Origin: Candidatus Izemoplasma sp. | GTDB taxonomy: Bacteria > Bacillota_I > Bacilli_A > Izemoplasmatales > Izemoplasmataceae | Length of the DNA: 64,000 nucleotides | Assembly: GCA_018402725.1 (NCBI GenBank) | Contig: JAGYII010000005.1 | Span: forward strand, 11,308-75,307 | Direction: 5' to 3' | Part shown: piece after piece, positions 62,068 to 64,000 of the stretch | Layout of the letters: every line of letters starts with the position of its first letter | How positions within the stretch are numbered: position 1 is the first letter of the stretch | The notes under the pieces: generated by a model | Databases searched by the model: none | What the model was told of the DNA's origin: nothing | The model's input: the letters and a program-made list of their open reading frames with translations, nothing else | Program-made: the position numbers and the translations under genes

Positions 62068-63017
62068 AAAGTACCAACAAATGTATGAAAAGATTAAAGC
62101 CTATAAAAAGATTATCATTACCCCTCACGCTAGGCCCGATGGTGACTGTTTAGGCAGCGCCCTCGGTTTAAAAGATATCATCCAAAATACGTTTAAAGAG
62201 AAAGAAGTCTATGTCAGCGGGGAATCTACCGGCTACTTAGAATTTTTAGGAGCCCTGGATACCTTAGAGGATGACGTTTTAAAAACGCTTTTAGTCATTG
62301 CGATTGTTACAGCAAAGACCGAATTGCGGAGAAAGATTTGACCAAGGCGTATTTAATTAAGTGGATCATCACATTTTAGTCGATTCCTTTGGGGATTTAC
62401 GAAAGTGTGGATGAATCCTCCCCCTGCCGCTGCTCAAATGGTGGTTGATTTTATTTGGCAGACCAAGACAGCGAAATGAGTCCTCAAGGGGCTTTGGCTT
62501 TATATACAGGGATTCTTACAGATACGGGGCGGTTTAAATACGATGGAGTATCTGCTAAGACTTCAAAGCCGTCGCAGAACTTTATGAACAAGGACTCGAT
62601 CCAAGTATCACCCATAAAGCACTCGATATCATGAGTGAAGAATTGATTCGTTTTAAGGGCTATGTTTTACTCAACATGAAAAAGACCGTAAATGGTGTGG
62701 TCTATATCAAAATCACCGACGAACTTCGTCAAGAATTTAAAGTTACCACCGAAGAAGCTTCAAGCTTAGTTAATGAACTCGGGCATTTTGAAGATTGTCC
62801 GATTTGGGTCTTGATGGCTGAGTACGAAGAAAAGATTGTTAGAGCGAGAATTAGGAGTAAAGGACCCACTATTTCTACCACCGCCAACTTGTTTGATGGC
62901 GGCGGTCATGCCAAAGCATCAGGCGCTAATTTAGGAACTTGGGATAAAGCGGAAGAACTTCTCAAAGCCCTTGATGGTGTTGCTAAAGAATATAAAGAAA
63001 ATCAAAAAGAGGCATAA
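62054..63017 (+). pseudogene. Second nrnA-like DHH-DHHA1 gene split across three frames.
   Basis: Motif I (HARPDGDCLGSALGL) is in frame 2 at 62054-62341. The DHH-domain segment ALALYTGILTDTGRFKY is in frame 1 at about 62491-62640. The DHHA1 C-terminus (DGGGHAKASG) is in frame 0 at 62631-63017. A terminator follows at 63008-63032. Confidence 0.7.
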
Positions 63018-63148
63018 GCCTCTTTTTTTTATGTAAAGATTAGGTTAAGTTTATTAATTGCTTGGTAAGAATCTCTTGATAAGATAGTCGCTATGTTAAA
63101 ATAATGACGGTTATATTTGAATGATATTTAGATTTATTAAGGAGCTTT

Positions 63149-63814
63149 ATGGCAAAGATTCTTGTCATCGAAGATGAAAAAAGCATCCAACAAATGATTG
63201 AGTATGATTTATCTCAAATCGGTTATGAAGTCGATGTTGCGAGTGATGGTTTAACGGGATATCAAAAAGCGTTAAAAGATTCTTATGACATCATTGTGCT
63301 TGATTTAATGCTTCCAGGCATGAAAGGCTTAGATGTTGCAAAGAAACTCAAAGAAGCAAAAATCAAGTCTTATATCATTATGTTAACAGCTATGGATGAA
63401 GAATTTCAAAAGATTGAAGGCTTCGAAAAAGGGGCCGATGATTATATGACTAAACCCTTTTCACCGAGAGAATTATCAGCCAGAATCAAAGCGGTTTTAA
63501 GAAGAGAAAAAGCTTCTGAAAAAATGGAAGAAATTGAATATGAAAATATTCATTTAAACGTATTAAGTTACGAAGCATCTTTTGAAGGGAAGCCCCTTAA
63601 TCTAACCCTGAAAGAATTTGAACTTCTCGCTTATTTATTAAATAACCGTGGACTTGTTCTTTCTAGAGACCAGTTATTAAAGTCACTGTGGGGCTATGCC
63701 TATGATGGGGATACCCGTGTGGTCGATGTTCATATATTTAAGATTCGTGAAAAGATTGATCCTCAAGCTAAACTCATCAAAACCGTAAGAGGGATTGGGT
63801 ACAAACTCATTTAA
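63149..63814 (+). CDS. OmpR/PhoB-family two-component response regulator.
   Basis: A 221 aa ORF with a receiver domain (phospho-acceptor Asp in VLDLMLPG) and a winged-helix C-terminus. Confidence 0.85.
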   Translation: MAKILVIEDEKSIQQMIEYDLSQIGYEVDVASDGLTGYQKALKDSYDIIVLDLMLPGMKGLDVAKKLKEAKIKSYIIMLTAMDEEFQKIEGFEKGADDYMTKPFSPRELSARIKAVLRREKASEKMEEIEYENIHLNVLSYEASFEGKPLNLTLKEFELLAYLLNNRGLVLSRDQLLKSLWGYAYDGDTRVVDVHIFKIREKIDPQAKLIKTVRGIGYKLI

Positions 63815-63893
63815 CAATAAGTTAACAAGACTTCAATCATAAATAAATATTAAATTTATATGATTAATTAAAAAATGATTGAGGAGAATTAAA

Positions 63894-64000
63894 TTGAAAA
63901 AATTAAGCTTATTATTCGTCGCTTTACTAAGTGTATTTGTACTAGCGGCATGTGGTGGAACAGCTGAAGAAGCTTTCGCTGGTTCGATCCGTGTTTATAC
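63894..64000 (+). CDS. Partial lipoprotein (N-terminus only, TTG start).
   Basis: MKKLSLLFVALLSVFVLAACGG lipobox behind a GAGGAG RBS. The ORF runs off the window. Confidence 0.5.
   Translation, partial: MKKLSLLFVALLSVFVLAACGGTAEEAFAGSIRVY

Overview
This is the chromosomal replication-origin region of a low-GC, Firmicutes-type bacterium (Bacilli, Erysipelotrichia or Acholeplasma-like). Flanking GC is about 35-42%. The standard genetic code is in use, because TGA terminates several long, well-conserved ORFs. The core is the classic rpmH-rnpA-yidC-jag cluster on the minus strand facing dnaA-dnaN-yaaA-recF-gyrB-gyrA-serS on the plus strand. DnaA-box clusters lie upstream of dnaA and between dnaA and dnaN, and gene orientation flips at about 25.7 kb, as expected at oriC. 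On the left arm, all on the minus strand, are mfd, pth, purA, fhs, an M32 carboxypeptidase, folD, purB and an NCS2 hypoxanthine/guanine permease. The permease sits behind a well-formed guanine riboswitch. Further left are glyA, an HhH-GPD glycosylase, hslO, a P1B-type metal ATPase, hflX, a class II (B12-dependent) ribonucleotide reductase and the c-di-AMP cyclase cdaA. The right arm carries serS and asnS, both behind T-box leaders, plus pta, a DgkB-type lipid kinase, rnmV, ksgA, spoVG, prs, a MATE exporter, an SPFH-RDD-NfeD operon, mnmE, dnaX-ybaB-recR and a CUT1-type ABC importer. The most unusual feature is a roughly 4.8 kb segment at 55.2-60.1 kb. It is GC-elevated (about 47-57%) and riddled with frameshifts and premature stops. 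It holds remnants of the ABC substrate-binding protein, a staphylococcal-nuclease-like lipoprotein and a large multi-domain OB-fold/Ig-like surface lipoprotein. Just downstream are an intact SNase-like lipoprotein, an intact nrnA (DHH-DHHA1 nanoRNase) and a frameshifted tandem nrnA paralog. I read this as a partly decayed extracellular nucleic-acid scavenging and import locus, possibly horizontally acquired. I found no CRISPR array, transposase, integrase or phage genes.
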